From contig OY759746.1 in NCBI GenBank assembly GCA_963662795.1, positions 1,984,001 through 2,048,000 of the forward strand: a stretch of DNA of 64,000 nt. Direction: 5' to 3'. A program made the translations under genes and the position numbers. The notes under the pieces are model-generated. The model was not told the origin of the DNA. It made no database searches and was given only the letters and a program-made list of their open reading frames with translations. This document shows positions 42,866 to 52,821 of the stretch, piece by piece. Source of the stretch: Spirochaetia bacterium. Lineage in GTDB: Bacteria > Spirochaetota > Spirochaetia > CADAEX01. Each line of letters begins with the position of its first letter. Within the stretch, counting starts at the first letter, position 1.

Positions 42866-43105
42866 ATGAAAACAATGCAAATAGGGGATTTTAAAGCTCA
42901 ATTTTCAAAGGTTCTTGAAGAAGTGAAACAAGGGGAAGAAATAATAATTTCTTATGGCAAGAAGAAAAAAAATGTAGCTGTAATAATTCCATATGAAGAG
43001 TATAAAGAGAAAAATAAGATAAAACTGGGCTTATTAAAGAATAAAGTAAGCTATAAATTTAATACTGATTATGAAATGACAGAAGAGGAGTTAGTAAACC
43101 TTTGA
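42866..43105 (+). CDS. Phd/YefM family antitoxin
   Basis: 'IGDFKAQFSKVLEEVKQGEEIII'. Confidence 0.88.
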   Translation: MKTMQIGDFKAQFSKVLEEVKQGEEIIISYGKKKKNVAVIIPYEEYKEKNKIKLGLLKNKVSYKFNTDYEMTEEELVNL

Positions 43106-43500
43106 AATATCTTCTCGATACGCATTATTTAATCTGGAGTTTGATTGATCCGGAAAAAATAGATAAGAAGAAAAAAAAGATATTATTAGATGAAAATTCG
43201 GAAAAATATATAAGCCAAATAAGCTTTTGGGAAATATCAATCAAATATTCACTTGGTAAGTTAGAATTAAATGGAATTACCCCTGAAGAATTGCTTGAAG
43301 CAGCGATTGAATCAGGATTTCAAATATTGGAATTGGAAACAAAAGTACTAGCAACATCGTATAAACTACCGAAGAAAGACAAGCACAAAGATCCTTTTGA
43401 CCGATTAATGATTTGGGAATGTATTTGCAATGAATATATTTTCTTGACAGAAGATGAAAAGGTAAAGGAATATAAAGAAAACGGCTTAAAAATAGTTTAG
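43102..43500 (+). CDS. vapC: PIN-domain toxin
   Basis: 'YLLDTH..WEI.IK..HKDPFDRL'. Confidence 0.9.
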   Translation: MKYLLDTHYLIWSLIDPEKIDKKKKKILLDENSEKYISQISFWEISIKYSLGKLELNGITPEELLEAAIESGFQILELETKVLATSYKLPKKDKHKDPFDRLMIWECICNEYIFLTEDEKVKEYKENGLKIV

Positions 43501-43550
43501 AATAAAATCTATCAAATAAGTAGCAAACATAGACAGTAACAGAAAAACGC

Positions 43551-43833
43551 CCAAGCCTTGGCGGTGCCGTGCGGCTTGGAAGAGAGGGGCGGTACTTCGG
43601 AGAACAGCGATTATTTCGCTGCACTCCCGATGGTCGCTTGGGCTCCTGCCAGTTGAACTGGCAGATCGCCATATTTTGTTTTCATAAAACCAGAACTGCA
43701 TGTATTTTATGTTTTTTATGTTTAAAAAACCAAATAAATGTATTTTTAGAGGTTAGCCACAAAACATCGAATAATCGCGAGACGTTATTTGAAATGCCCC
43801 GTAGGAAAATATATCGCGCCTTCCTGGCGCGAT
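43551..43833 (+). repeat. Junction J26 (core C)
   Basis: GAAC(43605)...GTT(43784); variant 5' hairpin. Confidence 0.88.
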
Positions 43834-43878
43834 GGGAAATTCTAAAGACTAATGGAAATTAGTTAAAATGAAATGTAA

Positions 43879-44289
43879 TTATAAAGTATTGAGACCAGCT
43901 TTGATACAAGCTGCTGTTAATTCTTTATCTAAAGATCCTATTGAACCCTGTTTTCTAATTCCAAGTTCCAAATAAGCAGCATCATAAGCACTTAAGTTAT
44001 AGATCTGAGTAAGTTCCAGAAGTTTTTCAGTGTATTCACTACCATAATTTGAATCAGTTATAAAATTAAATGAAGAAAGAAGCTTATTTATATTTAGAAC
44101 ATCATTGTGTTTTAAGCGTTTTCTTTTTACAGCAGTTGTTAAAACATTACTCATTTCATACCACCATAGTAGAGGAATATAAACTTCATCATTTTCTTCA
44201 ATATTTAGAAAAGATTTTTTAATAATTTCTGATTTTTCATCAGGAAGAAATAGAGATGCACAAAAAGAGCAATCAAGAATATAAACCAT
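43879..44289 (-). CDS. vapC: PIN-domain toxin (inverted in cassette)
   Basis: 'ILDCS..WWYEMSN..LSAYDAAYLEL..LD'. Confidence 0.9.
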   Translation of the reverse strand: MVYILDCSFCASLFLPDEKSEIIKKSFLNIEENDEVYIPLLWWYEMSNVLTTAVKRKRLKHNDVLNINKLLSSFNFITDSNYGSEYTEKLLELTQIYNLSAYDAAYLELGIRKQGSIGSLDKELTAACIKAGLNTL

Positions 44290-44290
44290 T

Positions 44291-44521
44291 TTATTTCCTG
44301 CCAGATTTAATAGCTTCAAGTATGTTAAATTTCTCGTTTAAAGAGCTTTGATATTGAAATAATTGTGCAATTATCTCTTTACGAAGATATGTGTCTTCAG
44401 AAAAAGGAATAATTTTAGCAACAGGTTTTCCTCTTTTTGTTATGGTATAATTCTTGCCTTTTTGAACTTCTTCAATTATTTCTGAAAAATGTGTTTTAGC
44501 ATCAAAAGTACCAATATTCAT
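44291..44521 (-). CDS. Phd/YefM family antitoxin
   Basis: 'FDAKTHFSEIIEEV..ITKRGKPVA'; promoter TTGACT-17-TATACT at 44568-44540. Confidence 0.9.
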   Translation of the reverse strand: MNIGTFDAKTHFSEIIEEVQKGKNYTITKRGKPVAKIIPFSEDTYLRKEIIAQLFQYQSSLNEKFNILEAIKSGRK

Positions 44522-44637
44522 AAAGACCTCTTATAATCTAGTATAGTAAGCTAGTAGCATAAAGTCAAGAAATATAGTAAAGAATAATTACAAGAGTAAA
44601 AACTTTTAATTTTGTAAGATATAGCGCTAAAGCAAGA

Positions 44638-44902
44638 AAGCCTATAGACGTCCTGTCTATAGGCTTAATACGGGGCACTTCAAATAACAGAGGATAATGC
44701 GCTACACTCGGAGTACCTCGCTTGGCCTGCGGCACACATCGTAGATATTAAGAATACAGCTTCTATAAACAACAAGTTTTTGAAAAAATATATTACAACT
44801 TTTAGGTATTCACACTTATCCTACGATGCGTCGCTTATCCTCGGGACGTTATATGCAATACGACCCCAAGAGAAATCGCCCGGACCTCCGGCCCACGGGC
44901 GA
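44638..44902 (+). repeat. Junction J27 (core B)
   Basis: Variant 3' hairpin AAGCCTATAGAC..GTCTATAGGCTT; TAAC(44688)...GTT(44848). Confidence 0.88.
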
Positions 44903-44976
44903 AGAAAAGGTGATTTGCTGTATAATATCCTCTATATTTAAAATATATAGTTTTCTGGTTATTTAATATGTTAACT
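44902..44976 (+). other. Conserved leader with attI-like site (C28)
   Basis: ATATATAGTTTTCTGGTTATTTAATAT-G|TTAACT; exact complement AGTTAAC at 47063. Confidence 0.75.
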
Positions 44977-45039
44977 GTACAAATCGATTGAATAAATTTA
45001 TGTTATACTAATAAATGAATATTATTCTGGAGTAAAAAA

Positions 45040-47055
45040 ATGACTGAACTCCCGAAAGTTGGATATACACATACAAAAGAAAGAAAAAGCATTAAACAAC
45101 TTGCAAATATATTACCAGATGAATTATTTATCCTTAGATCAGAAGATGGTGGAGATTATGGTGTTGATCGCATTATTGAAGTAATTGAAAATTGGGAAGC
45201 AACAAATATTCGATGTCATATTCAAATAAAAAGTACAACAAAAAACTCTAAAAATGAAAAGCTGAATTATTCTGTTCCAATAAAGACAATTAATTATTTA
45301 TTGAATAGCTTGAATTCTATTTTTATTGTTTATTCTGAAAGCGAAAACAAATATTATTGGGAATGGGTCGGTCGTATATCTACAAAAAAGAATCAATCAA
45401 ATAGTAAAGGCAAAAAAACATTTTCCTATTATTTTTCTTCAATATTAGATATCGAGTCATTCAAGAAAATTCACACACGATTAATTAGTGATTCAGAATT
45501 TGTAAAGAAAATTAATTTATCTGCAAGTCCATATAAAAAGGTAATTTTAACTGAAAAAATACATGAAAGTTCATATAGAGAATATCTTATTATGTACGCT
45601 GAAGGAAAATATGAAAAAATCATTGCAATTTCTAAGGAAATAGAAAAGATCACACCCACATTAAATTCTCTAATTTCTCTCTGTTATTATAGTATTTATA
45701 ATTATGATGAAGCTTTAAATCATATATTAAAAGCCGAACAAGAAGAGAAAAATAGTGAATTTCAGAAAATAAAGGCTGCAATTTTATGTGAAAAAGGATT
45801 AGCAGAAAATAATACAGAGATTCTTGAGCAAGCAAAAAAAATATTTTTGGAAATTAAAAGTAATGATTGGGGGTGGATGGATTTATACAATTATGGAAAT
45901 ATTTTATCTGGTTTGGCAGAATTTGAACAAGCTGAAGATTGTTATAAAAATGCGATACAACTTGAAGAAAATGAGGCAATTGTTTGGAAAAATCTTAGTA
46001 GCATATACTATCATAAAAATGATTATGAAAAAGAAATGGATTGTTTAAATAAAGCTCTGGAAATTGATGAAAACTTAATTGAGGCATTAATTTGTAAGGG
46101 GATTTCTCTTGGAAATAACTATTCTGAATATTTAGAAGCTATTACTTGTTTAAGGAAAGCATTAGAGCTCTCAAGGAAGAATCTGTATAAAAATAACTCA
46201 GTTTATTATTGGTTAAGTTATTTCCTAAATCAAAGTAAGCAATATAAAGAATCTCTGATAATGATTGAAGAAGGTTTAAAATATCATCCAGGAGATAGAA
46301 ACTTAGATGGTTTAAGGGTAAAAACCTTAATAATAGCCTCAGAATCCTTAAAAGAATATGAAAATATTGTTATAACTGAACTTGATAGAATTATTGATAA
46401 ATACCCAGATAATATTTGGGCACTAAAAGAGAAAATAAAAATATTAGGTCGTCAAAAATCCTTACACGAAATATTCCCATTAATTAAAAAATGTTTTTTA
46501 CTCTATAATTATGATATTGACATTGAAATAATTATGGATTTAACACTAAATCAAATCATGTATATTCTGGACAATATAAATATCGTTTCTGAATATAGAA
46601 AAAATAACAATATCGGCAGTTATTTTTTTGAAAGCTATAATATTGGAATTTCAATTATGCAGAAAATAGAAATGAAAATGAATCTAAAATTTATTGCTTT
46701 CTTTTACCTATTGAATGATTTAGATGAAAATGCAGTCTTTCCTGTTATGGAAGATCATGCAAAGGCTATATTAGACTTAATCGAAAATATAACAGAGTTC
46801 TTAGTTTATGATCTTATTGATGGATCAATTGATGAAAAATCGGAAAGAATAACACATATAATAACCACACTTCCTGAAATTCTCCTAATTGAACTATCAA
46901 GACAGAATGGATGGAATCTTGTAAAGCATAATTTTAAGATCGAAATAGCAGATTATTTTATTGAAAATTCTTTAATAATACATAATTGGTTGAACAATTG
47001 TTTGGAACCTATTTTAAAAGGAGCAAATAACATTTTTAAATGGGATAAAAAATAG
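45040..47055 (+). CDS. DUF4365-like nuclease domain + TPR protein
   Basis: 'DYGVDRIIE..IQIKST' N-terminus; multiple TPRs. Confidence 0.78.
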   Translation: MTELPKVGYTHTKERKSIKQLANILPDELFILRSEDGGDYGVDRIIEVIENWEATNIRCHIQIKSTTKNSKNEKLNYSVPIKTINYLLNSLNSIFIVYSESENKYYWEWVGRISTKKNQSNSKGKKTFSYYFSSILDIESFKKIHTRLISDSEFVKKINLSASPYKKVILTEKIHESSYREYLIMYAEGKYEKIIAISKEIEKITPTLNSLISLCYYSIYNYDEALNHILKAEQEEKNSEFQKIKAAILCEKGLAENNTEILEQAKKIFLEIKSNDWGWMDLYNYGNILSGLAEFEQAEDCYKNAIQLEENEAIVWKNLSSIYYHKNDYEKEMDCLNKALEIDENLIEALICKGISLGNNYSEYLEAITCLRKALELSRKNLYKNNSVYYWLSYFLNQSKQYKESLIMIEEGLKYHPGDRNLDGLRVKTLIIASESLKEYENIVITELDRIIDKYPDNIWALKEKIKILGRQKSLHEIFPLIKKCFLLYNYDIDIEIIMDLTLNQIMYILDNINIVSEYRKNNNIGSYFFESYNIGISIMQKIEMKMNLKFIAFFYLLNDLDENAVFPVMEDHAKAILDLIENITEFLVYDLIDGSIDEKSERITHIITTLPEILLIELSRQNGWNLVKHNFKIEIADYFIENSLIIHNWLNNCLEPILKGANNIFKWDKK

Positions 47056-47062
47056 CATAGAC

Positions 47063-47168
47063 AGTTAACAAACGCATGCAACTGATAAAATCTTTGTCAC
47101 ACATTTTGCTTACGCAAAATATGCGCCAACCCTTCGGGACGATTTTGCAACTGATGCGGCCGTTAAAT
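47063..47168 (+). repeat. Nested canonical attC (C28)
   Basis: AGTTAAC..CGCATGCA...TGATGCG..GTTAAAT. Confidence 0.8.
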
Positions 47169-47196
47169 ATACTGGAATATTTAGAAAAGAGGAAAA

Positions 47197-47449
47197 GTCC
47201 GGCCTTGGCGGTGCCGTGCGGCCTGGACAAGAAGGGGTCGTACTGCATATAACAGCGAATGGCCGGTTCCGGCTGTTTCTAAGGAAGCAGCCTCCACCCA
47301 AATTGCCGAAATAATTCATGTTAAGAATAATGGAATAGAGTATAAACTTTTAAAGTGAAAAACACCATCGGCAACTTCGGTCATTCGCGGGACGTTATCC
47401 ACAATACCCCCACAAGAAGCGATCGCCCGGACCTCCGGCCGACGGGCGA
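47197..47449 (+). repeat. Junction J28 (core D)
   Basis: TAAC(47253)...GTT(47394). Confidence 0.9.
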
Positions 47450-47509
47450 GAGAATCCAGAATAATGAATATGTTTAAAGAAAGCTGATGATATATAATGT
47501 AAATAGTAA

Positions 47510-48163
47510 ATGGAGAATGATATGGGAATTGTTTATATTTTAACTAATGATGCAATGCCAGGAATAATCAAAATAGGAATAACTGATGGAACTGTTGAAG
47601 ATAGAATAAAAAATCTTGACAATACTTCTTTGCCATTACCATATAGGTTTTATTTTGCTATTAAAAGTAGTAGATACAAGGATATTGAAAAATTAGCGCA
47701 TAATGCTTTTTCTGAATATAGGGTAAGAGAAAATAGGGAATTTTTCCGAATTGATCCGGAACGTGCAGTCTCAGCATTAAGGATATCTGGAGAGAATGAA
47801 ATAAAATTAAAGAATGAAATGATAGATGAAAGTGGAAGTGTTGTAGAGAATAAAATCGAAGAAACAAAGTCATATAAAAAACGATTTTCTTTTGATAATG
47901 TAGGTATTCCTATCGGGGCAGAATTGGCATTTACTCGAGATGAGAGTAAAAAATGTATTGTAATATCAAATAGCGAAGTTGAATATAATAATCAATCTTA
48001 TTCATTATCAAAATTAGCAGATATATTTCTTACTGAAATGGGTTATAATTGGAAATCAGTACAAGGACCTGCATATTTTGAATATAATGGGAAAACACTT
48101 TATGAACTTAAAAAAGAAATGGAAGAAGAAGTCTTAGAGATAGAGGAAGAAGAATCCAAATAG
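47510..48163 (+). CDS. GIY-YIG (T5orf172-like) nuclease family protein
   Basis: 'GIVYILTN.AMPG..KIG.T..R..E..H..REFF'. Confidence 0.85.
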   Translation: MENDMGIVYILTNDAMPGIIKIGITDGTVEDRIKNLDNTSLPLPYRFYFAIKSSRYKDIEKLAHNAFSEYRVRENREFFRIDPERAVSALRISGENEIKLKNEMIDESGSVVENKIEETKSYKKRFSFDNVGIPIGAELAFTRDESKKCIVISNSEVEYNNQSYSLSKLADIFLTEMGYNWKSVQGPAYFEYNGKTLYELKKEMEEEVLEIEEEESK

Positions 48164-48205
48164 CAAATGTTCAATTTTTTAATCCATTAATTTTTGAAAA
48201 AGCTA

Positions 48206-48477
48206 GTCCGGCCTTGGCTCCGCCGTACGGCCTGGACAAGAAGTGGGGGCACTGTTGGATAACAGAGGATAATTCGCTGCGCTCGGAATACCTCGCTTGG
48301 CCTGCGGCATATTTTGCTATCAATAAAACAGTTCATATTATATTTTTACTCTCTTTAAATATATTTCCCAAGACTATTATGTTAAAAAAGGTTTTAGCAA
48401 AACATCGCTTATCCTCAGGACGTTATCCACAATGCCCCCACAAGATGCGATCGCCCGGACCTCCGGCCGACGGGCGA
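48206..48477 (+). repeat. Junction J29 (core B)
   Basis: TAAC(48263)...GTT(48422). Confidence 0.9.
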
Positions 48478-48543
48478 GGATATTCAATATTGAAAATGTA
48501 CAATACCAATCATAAAATGTGTTTGATTATAAAAGGGGAAAAT

Positions 48544-49158
48544 ATGACGTGTTATTACAAATATTGTAAAAAATGTCGTGAAAGAAATGATGAATATGAA
48601 CCAATTGAAAGTTTTCAAAAAAATGACGGGAATATTAAAATTATGTTTATTGGGCAAGATCCAACAATTAGAAAAAGGCAAGAAAGAGTAAGAATGGCAT
48701 TAATGCTTGATGATGAGAATAGTCAAATAAAAAGATGGATAAAAAATATTTTTGGAAATGAATTATTAATTAAAAGTAAAATATTAGGGACAAATCTTGT
48801 AAAGTGCGTATTAAAAGAAGTGCCAACAAATGATGGTGTTGGAGGAATAGATTATTTAATCGCTCCTTTTAATCATTGTAAAGAGCATTTAATAAAAGAA
48901 TTCAATACATTTAAACCCGACTATGTGTTTACATTAGGTGAACCTTGTCATCAATTGTTTTATTCGTTAATAAAAAATATCGATAATCCAAAAAAACAAA
49001 AAATGAGCGAATATTTTAATGGTGAATTGCATGAACTAAAATACAATGAAATAAATTTTAAATATAGTCCATTATTACATATTCAAACATATCGTGTTGC
49101 TCAAAAATATGGTGACATAGTTAAGAAATTTGAAAATGAAATAAAAAAAATAAGATAA
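48544..49158 (+). CDS. Uracil-DNA glycosylase superfamily protein
   Basis: CxxC, 'MFIGQDP', 'TNLVKC', 'TLG', 'PLLH'; real start after GGGGA RBS. Confidence 0.75.
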   Translation: MTCYYKYCKKCRERNDEYEPIESFQKNDGNIKIMFIGQDPTIRKRQERVRMALMLDDENSQIKRWIKNIFGNELLIKSKILGTNLVKCVLKEVPTNDGVGGIDYLIAPFNHCKEHLIKEFNTFKPDYVFTLGEPCHQLFYSLIKNIDNPKKQKMSEYFNGELHELKYNEINFKYSPLLHIQTYRVAQKYGDIVKKFENEIKKIR

Positions 49159-49203
49159 ACCGATAATTTGTACTAGTAGAATAATTACCTGACAATAGAA
49201 GAA

Positions 49204-49475
49204 GTCCAGCCTTGGCTCCGCCGTACGGCCTGGACAAGAAGTGGGGGCACTGGTGGATAACAGAGGATACTGCGCTACGCTCGGAGTACCTCGCTTGGCC
49301 TTCGGCACACATCACAGGTTTTAAATTACTGCTTTTAGAATTAACAAGTTTTCAAAAGAAAGATATATAATATTTGTCTTTTTATTCATTGGCTGTGATT
49401 CGTCGCGTATCCTCAAAACGTTATCCACAATGCCCCCACAAGAGAAAATCGCCCGGGCCTCCGGCCGACGGGCGA
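49204..49475 (+). repeat. Junction J30 (core B, partly degenerate)
   Basis: TAAC(49261)...GTT(49420). Confidence 0.88.
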
Positions 49476-49561
49476 GGATTTTATCCAAACAGAATCCATT
49501 GGGAAAAAGCGCAAAGACTATTTTCATAATAAACTATTATTGAAATAAAGGAGAAAACAAT

Positions 49562-49825
49562 ATGATTGAGTCAAGGTGTGGTTTATTGTGTAGTATTTGT
49601 AAATATCGTGAGCAATTTAACTGTGCTGGATGTTTAACAATCGAAAAACCTTTTTGGAGTGATAGTTGTCCTGTGAAAAATTGTTGTGAAAAAAGAAACT
49701 ATGAGCATTGTGGAAAATGTAATGATTTTCCATGTGAGTTATTAAATCAGTTTTCATATGATAAAGAACAGGGTGATAATGGGAAACGTATTGAACAGTG
49801 CAGATACTGGATAAAAGGAAAATAA
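49562..49825 (+). CDS. Cys-rich DUF3795-like protein
   Basis: 'CGLLCSIC..CAGC..C.V..CC..HCGKC.DFPC'. Confidence 0.8.
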   Translation: MIESRCGLLCSICKYREQFNCAGCLTIEKPFWSDSCPVKNCCEKRNYEHCGKCNDFPCELLNQFSYDKEQGDNGKRIEQCRYWIKGK

Positions 49826-50149
49826 ATGTCAACAACAGCTGATTTTGTGGAATATATATGTGAACAAGTAAACGGAGTAGGTAATATCCGTTATAAAAAA
49901 ATGTTCGGCGAATATATGGTTTATATAAATGAAAAACCAGTGTTACTGGTGTGTGACAATACTCCATACATAAAAATGCTAGATTGTATTTCTGAATTAA
50001 TGAAAAATGCTGAAACTGGATATCCATACAAAGGGTCAAAAGAACATTATATTTTAGATATTGACAATTCAGATTTCGCAAAAGAGATTGTCACGATTCT
50101 TGAAAAGAATTATGAAGTACCAAAGAAAAAAGCTAAAAAAGCAAAATAA
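49826..50149 (+). CDS. TfoX N-terminal domain protein
   Basis: 'YKKMFGEY.VY...LVCDN..YIK'. Confidence 0.8.
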   Translation: MSTTADFVEYICEQVNGVGNIRYKKMFGEYMVYINEKPVLLVCDNTPYIKMLDCISELMKNAETGYPYKGSKEHYILDIDNSDFAKEIVTILEKNYEVPKKKAKKAK

Positions 50150-50233
50150 TTCATCTTTGGATAAATTGTTGCAGTAATGAGCATTTTTAATAGATGTATG
50201 TACTGGTAGAATAATTACCTGACAATAGTATAA

Positions 50234-50506
50234 GTCCGGCCTTGGCTTCCAGCCGTGCGACCTGGACAAGAAGTGGGGGCCCTGGTGGATAACAGAGGAT
50301 AAAGCGCTTCGCTCGGAGTACCTCGCTTGACCTTCGGCACACATCGTAGGGTTTAAACTACCTCTTTAAGAAATACTTAGTTTTGGAAGAAAAATATTAC
50401 AACTTTGAAATAATAATTCTTGAGCTACGATGCGTCGCTTATCCTCGGGACGTTCTCCGAAATACCGCCCCAAGAGGAGACGCCCGGACCTCCGGCCCAC
50501 GGGCGA
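50234..50506 (+). repeat. Junction J31 (core B)
   Basis: TAAC(50293)...GTT(50452). Confidence 0.9.
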
Positions 50507-50779
50507 GGAAATATAGGCAAAGAAATAATATTTGATATTTTCCCTATAGCATATTCTGAACAACCAAAAGATTGTATTTTGAGAATATTTATTTGGATTT
50601 AAATAAAATTAATAAAAAAAGATCGAATTCTGGATATTTTAAGGATTTTGTCGTGTGATATTATTCCGAAAGAAATGTTTAATAAGTGTTTTAAAAAAGT
50701 AATATTACGAATTAAAAAACCTTGTAGATTTGGTATTTAAAGTGTATACTATGAAGTGTATACTAAAAGAGGTAGAATT

Positions 50780-51025
50780 ATGGAAATAAGTACAAAAGAA
50801 CTCAGGATAAAACCTGGTAGAATAATAGAAAAAGTCTCAAATGGACAGGAAGTTGTAGTAACTTTCAGAGGAAAAGCATTGGCTAGAATAGTGCCTATGC
50901 CTAATTTGGGAAAAAATATCGAAGAGAATGAAAAAGAAGAACTCTTTGGATTATGGAAAAATCATAAAAATATTGGTGATGTTGATAATTACGTAAGAAA
51001 AATAAGAAAAGGAAGAGAGTTTTGA
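50780..51025 (+). CDS. Phd/YefM antitoxin (paralog of 19421)
   Basis: Identical N-terminus to 19421..19666. Confidence 0.88.
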   Translation: MEISTKELRIKPGRIIEKVSNGQEVVVTFRGKALARIVPMPNLGKNIEENEKEELFGLWKNHKNIGDVDNYVRKIRKGREF

Positions 51026-51399
51026 TAATTGATACAGATGTAATAATATGGTTTTTAAGAGGAAATGAAAAAGCCAAGGAAGTAGTTTATAAAAATATCC
51101 CATTTAAAATATCTGTAATAACCTATATGGAAATTGTGCAGGGAATGAAAGATAAAAAAGAATTATTAGTTTTTCAAAAGCAGTTGAGAAAATGGAATGT
51201 AGAGATTTTACAAATAGATACAGAAATATCGTCAAGAGCGATGTTTTTTGTAGAAGATTATTTTTTAAGTCATTCAATGGAATTATCAGATGCTTTAATT
51301 GCAGCGACAGGAATACAAACAAAAGATATAGTATTAACAGCAAATGATAAACATTATAAATTTATTCCCAACATTCAGTTGGAAAAGTTTAAACCTTAG
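51022..51399 (+). CDS. vapC: PIN-domain toxin (paralog of 19663)
   Basis: Near-identical to 19663..20040. Confidence 0.9.
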   Translation: MIIDTDVIIWFLRGNEKAKEVVYKNIPFKISVITYMEIVQGMKDKKELLVFQKQLRKWNVEILQIDTEISSRAMFFVEDYFLSHSMELSDALIAATGIQTKDIVLTANDKHYKFIPNIQLEKFKP

Positions 51400-51405
51400 A
51401 AAGCC

Positions 51406-51666
51406 CCAAGCCTTGGCGGTGCCGTGCGGCTTGGAAGAAGGGGCGGTACTTCCGAGAACAGCGGTTAAAGCGCTACGCTCGCAGTAGCTCGCTTGGGCTC
51501 CTGCCTGTGCGCAGGCAGTTCACCAAAAAAACACGAGTTACTCCAAGCTATAAATTAAAGAAAGTAAACATACAATGCAAATAGATTAATGTGTTTTCTT
51601 CGCTTAACCGCGGGACGTTATTTGAAATGCCCCGTAGGAAAATATATCGCGCCGTCCTGGCGCGAT
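51406..51666 (+). repeat. Junction J32 (core A)
   Basis: GAAC(51459)...GTT(51617). Confidence 0.88.
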
Positions 51667-51711
51667 GGGAAATTCTAAAGACTAATGGAAATTAGTTAAA
51701 ATGAAATGTAA

Positions 51712-52122
51712 TTATAAAGTATTGAGACCAGCTTTGATACAAGCTGCTGTTAATTCTTTATCTAAAGATCCTATTGAACCCTGTTTTCTAATTCCAAGTT
51801 CCAAATAAGCAGCATCATAAGCACTTAAGTTATAGATCTGAGTAAGTTCCAGAAGTTTTTCAGTATATTCACTACCATAATTTGAATCAGTTATAAAATT
51901 AAATGAAGAAAGAAGCTTATTAATATTTAGAACATCATTGTGTTTTAAGCGTTTTCTTTTTACAGCAGTTGTTAAAACATTACTCATTTCATACCACCAT
52001 AGTAGAGGAATATAAACTTCATCATTTTCTTCAATATTTAGAAAAGATTTTTTAATAATTTCTGATTTTTCATCAGGAAGAAATAGAGATGCACAAAAAG
52101 AGCAATCAAGAATATAAACCAT
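51712..52122 (-). CDS. vapC: PIN-domain toxin (same protein as 43879)
   Basis: Identical translation. Confidence 0.9.
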   Translation of the reverse strand: MVYILDCSFCASLFLPDEKSEIIKKSFLNIEENDEVYIPLLWWYEMSNVLTTAVKRKRLKHNDVLNINKLLSSFNFITDSNYGSEYTEKLLELTQIYNLSAYDAAYLELGIRKQGSIGSLDKELTAACIKAGLNTL

Positions 52123-52123
52123 T

Positions 52124-52354
52124 TTATTTCCTGCCAGATTTAATAGCTTCAAGTATGTTAAATTTCTCGTTTAAAGAGCTTTGATATTGAAATAATTGTG
52201 CAATTATCTCTTTACGAAGATATGTGTCTTCAGAAAAAGGAATAATTTTAGCAACAGGTTTTCCTCTTTTTGTTATGGTATAATTCTTGCCTTTTTGAAC
52301 TTCTTCAATTATTTCTGAAAAATGTGTTTTAGCATCAAAAGTACCAATGTTCAT
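52124..52354 (-). CDS. Phd/YefM antitoxin (same protein as 44291)
   Basis: Identical translation. Confidence 0.9.
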   Translation of the reverse strand: MNIGTFDAKTHFSEIIEEVQKGKNYTITKRGKPVAKIIPFSEDTYLRKEIIAQLFQYQSSLNEKFNILEAIKSGRK

Positions 52355-52470
52355 ATCGTCCTCTTATAATCTAGTATAGTAAGCTAGTAGCATAAAGTCA
52401 AGAAATATAGTAAAGAATAATTACAAGAGTAAAAACTTTTAATTTTGTAAGATATAGCGCTAAAGCAAGA

Positions 52471-52733
52471 AAGCCTATAGACGTCCTGTCTATAGGCTTA
52501 ATACGGGGCACTTCAAATAACAGAGGATAAAGCGCTACGCTCCCTTTGGTCGCTTGGGCTTCGCCACACATCGTAGGGTTTTTACTACAACATCTAAAAA
52601 CAACAAGTTTTGGAAGAAAATATTGCAACTTTGAAAATATCATTCTTATCCTACGATGCGTCGCTTATCCTCGGGACGTTATATGCAATACGACCCCAAG
52701 AGAAAATCGCCCGGACCTCCGGCCCACGGGCGA
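52471..52733 (+). repeat. Junction J33 (core B)
   Basis: TAAC(52521)...GTT(52678). Confidence 0.88.
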
Positions 52734-52805
52734 GAAAAAATAATTCGCTGTATATACACTCTATATATGAAATATATGGTTTTCTAGTTATTTAATATGT
52801 TAAAT
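52733..52805 (+). other. Conserved leader with attI-like site (C34)
   Basis: ATATATGGTTTTCTAGTTATTTAATAT-G|TTAAAT; exact complement ATTTAAC at 54526. Confidence 0.75.
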
Positions 52806-52821
52806 ATACAAAGGGGATTAA

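Noticed and set aside
48214-48543. N-terminal extension of the 314-aa ORF
   Set aside because: It runs through junction J29; the likely start is ATG 48544 after an RBS.
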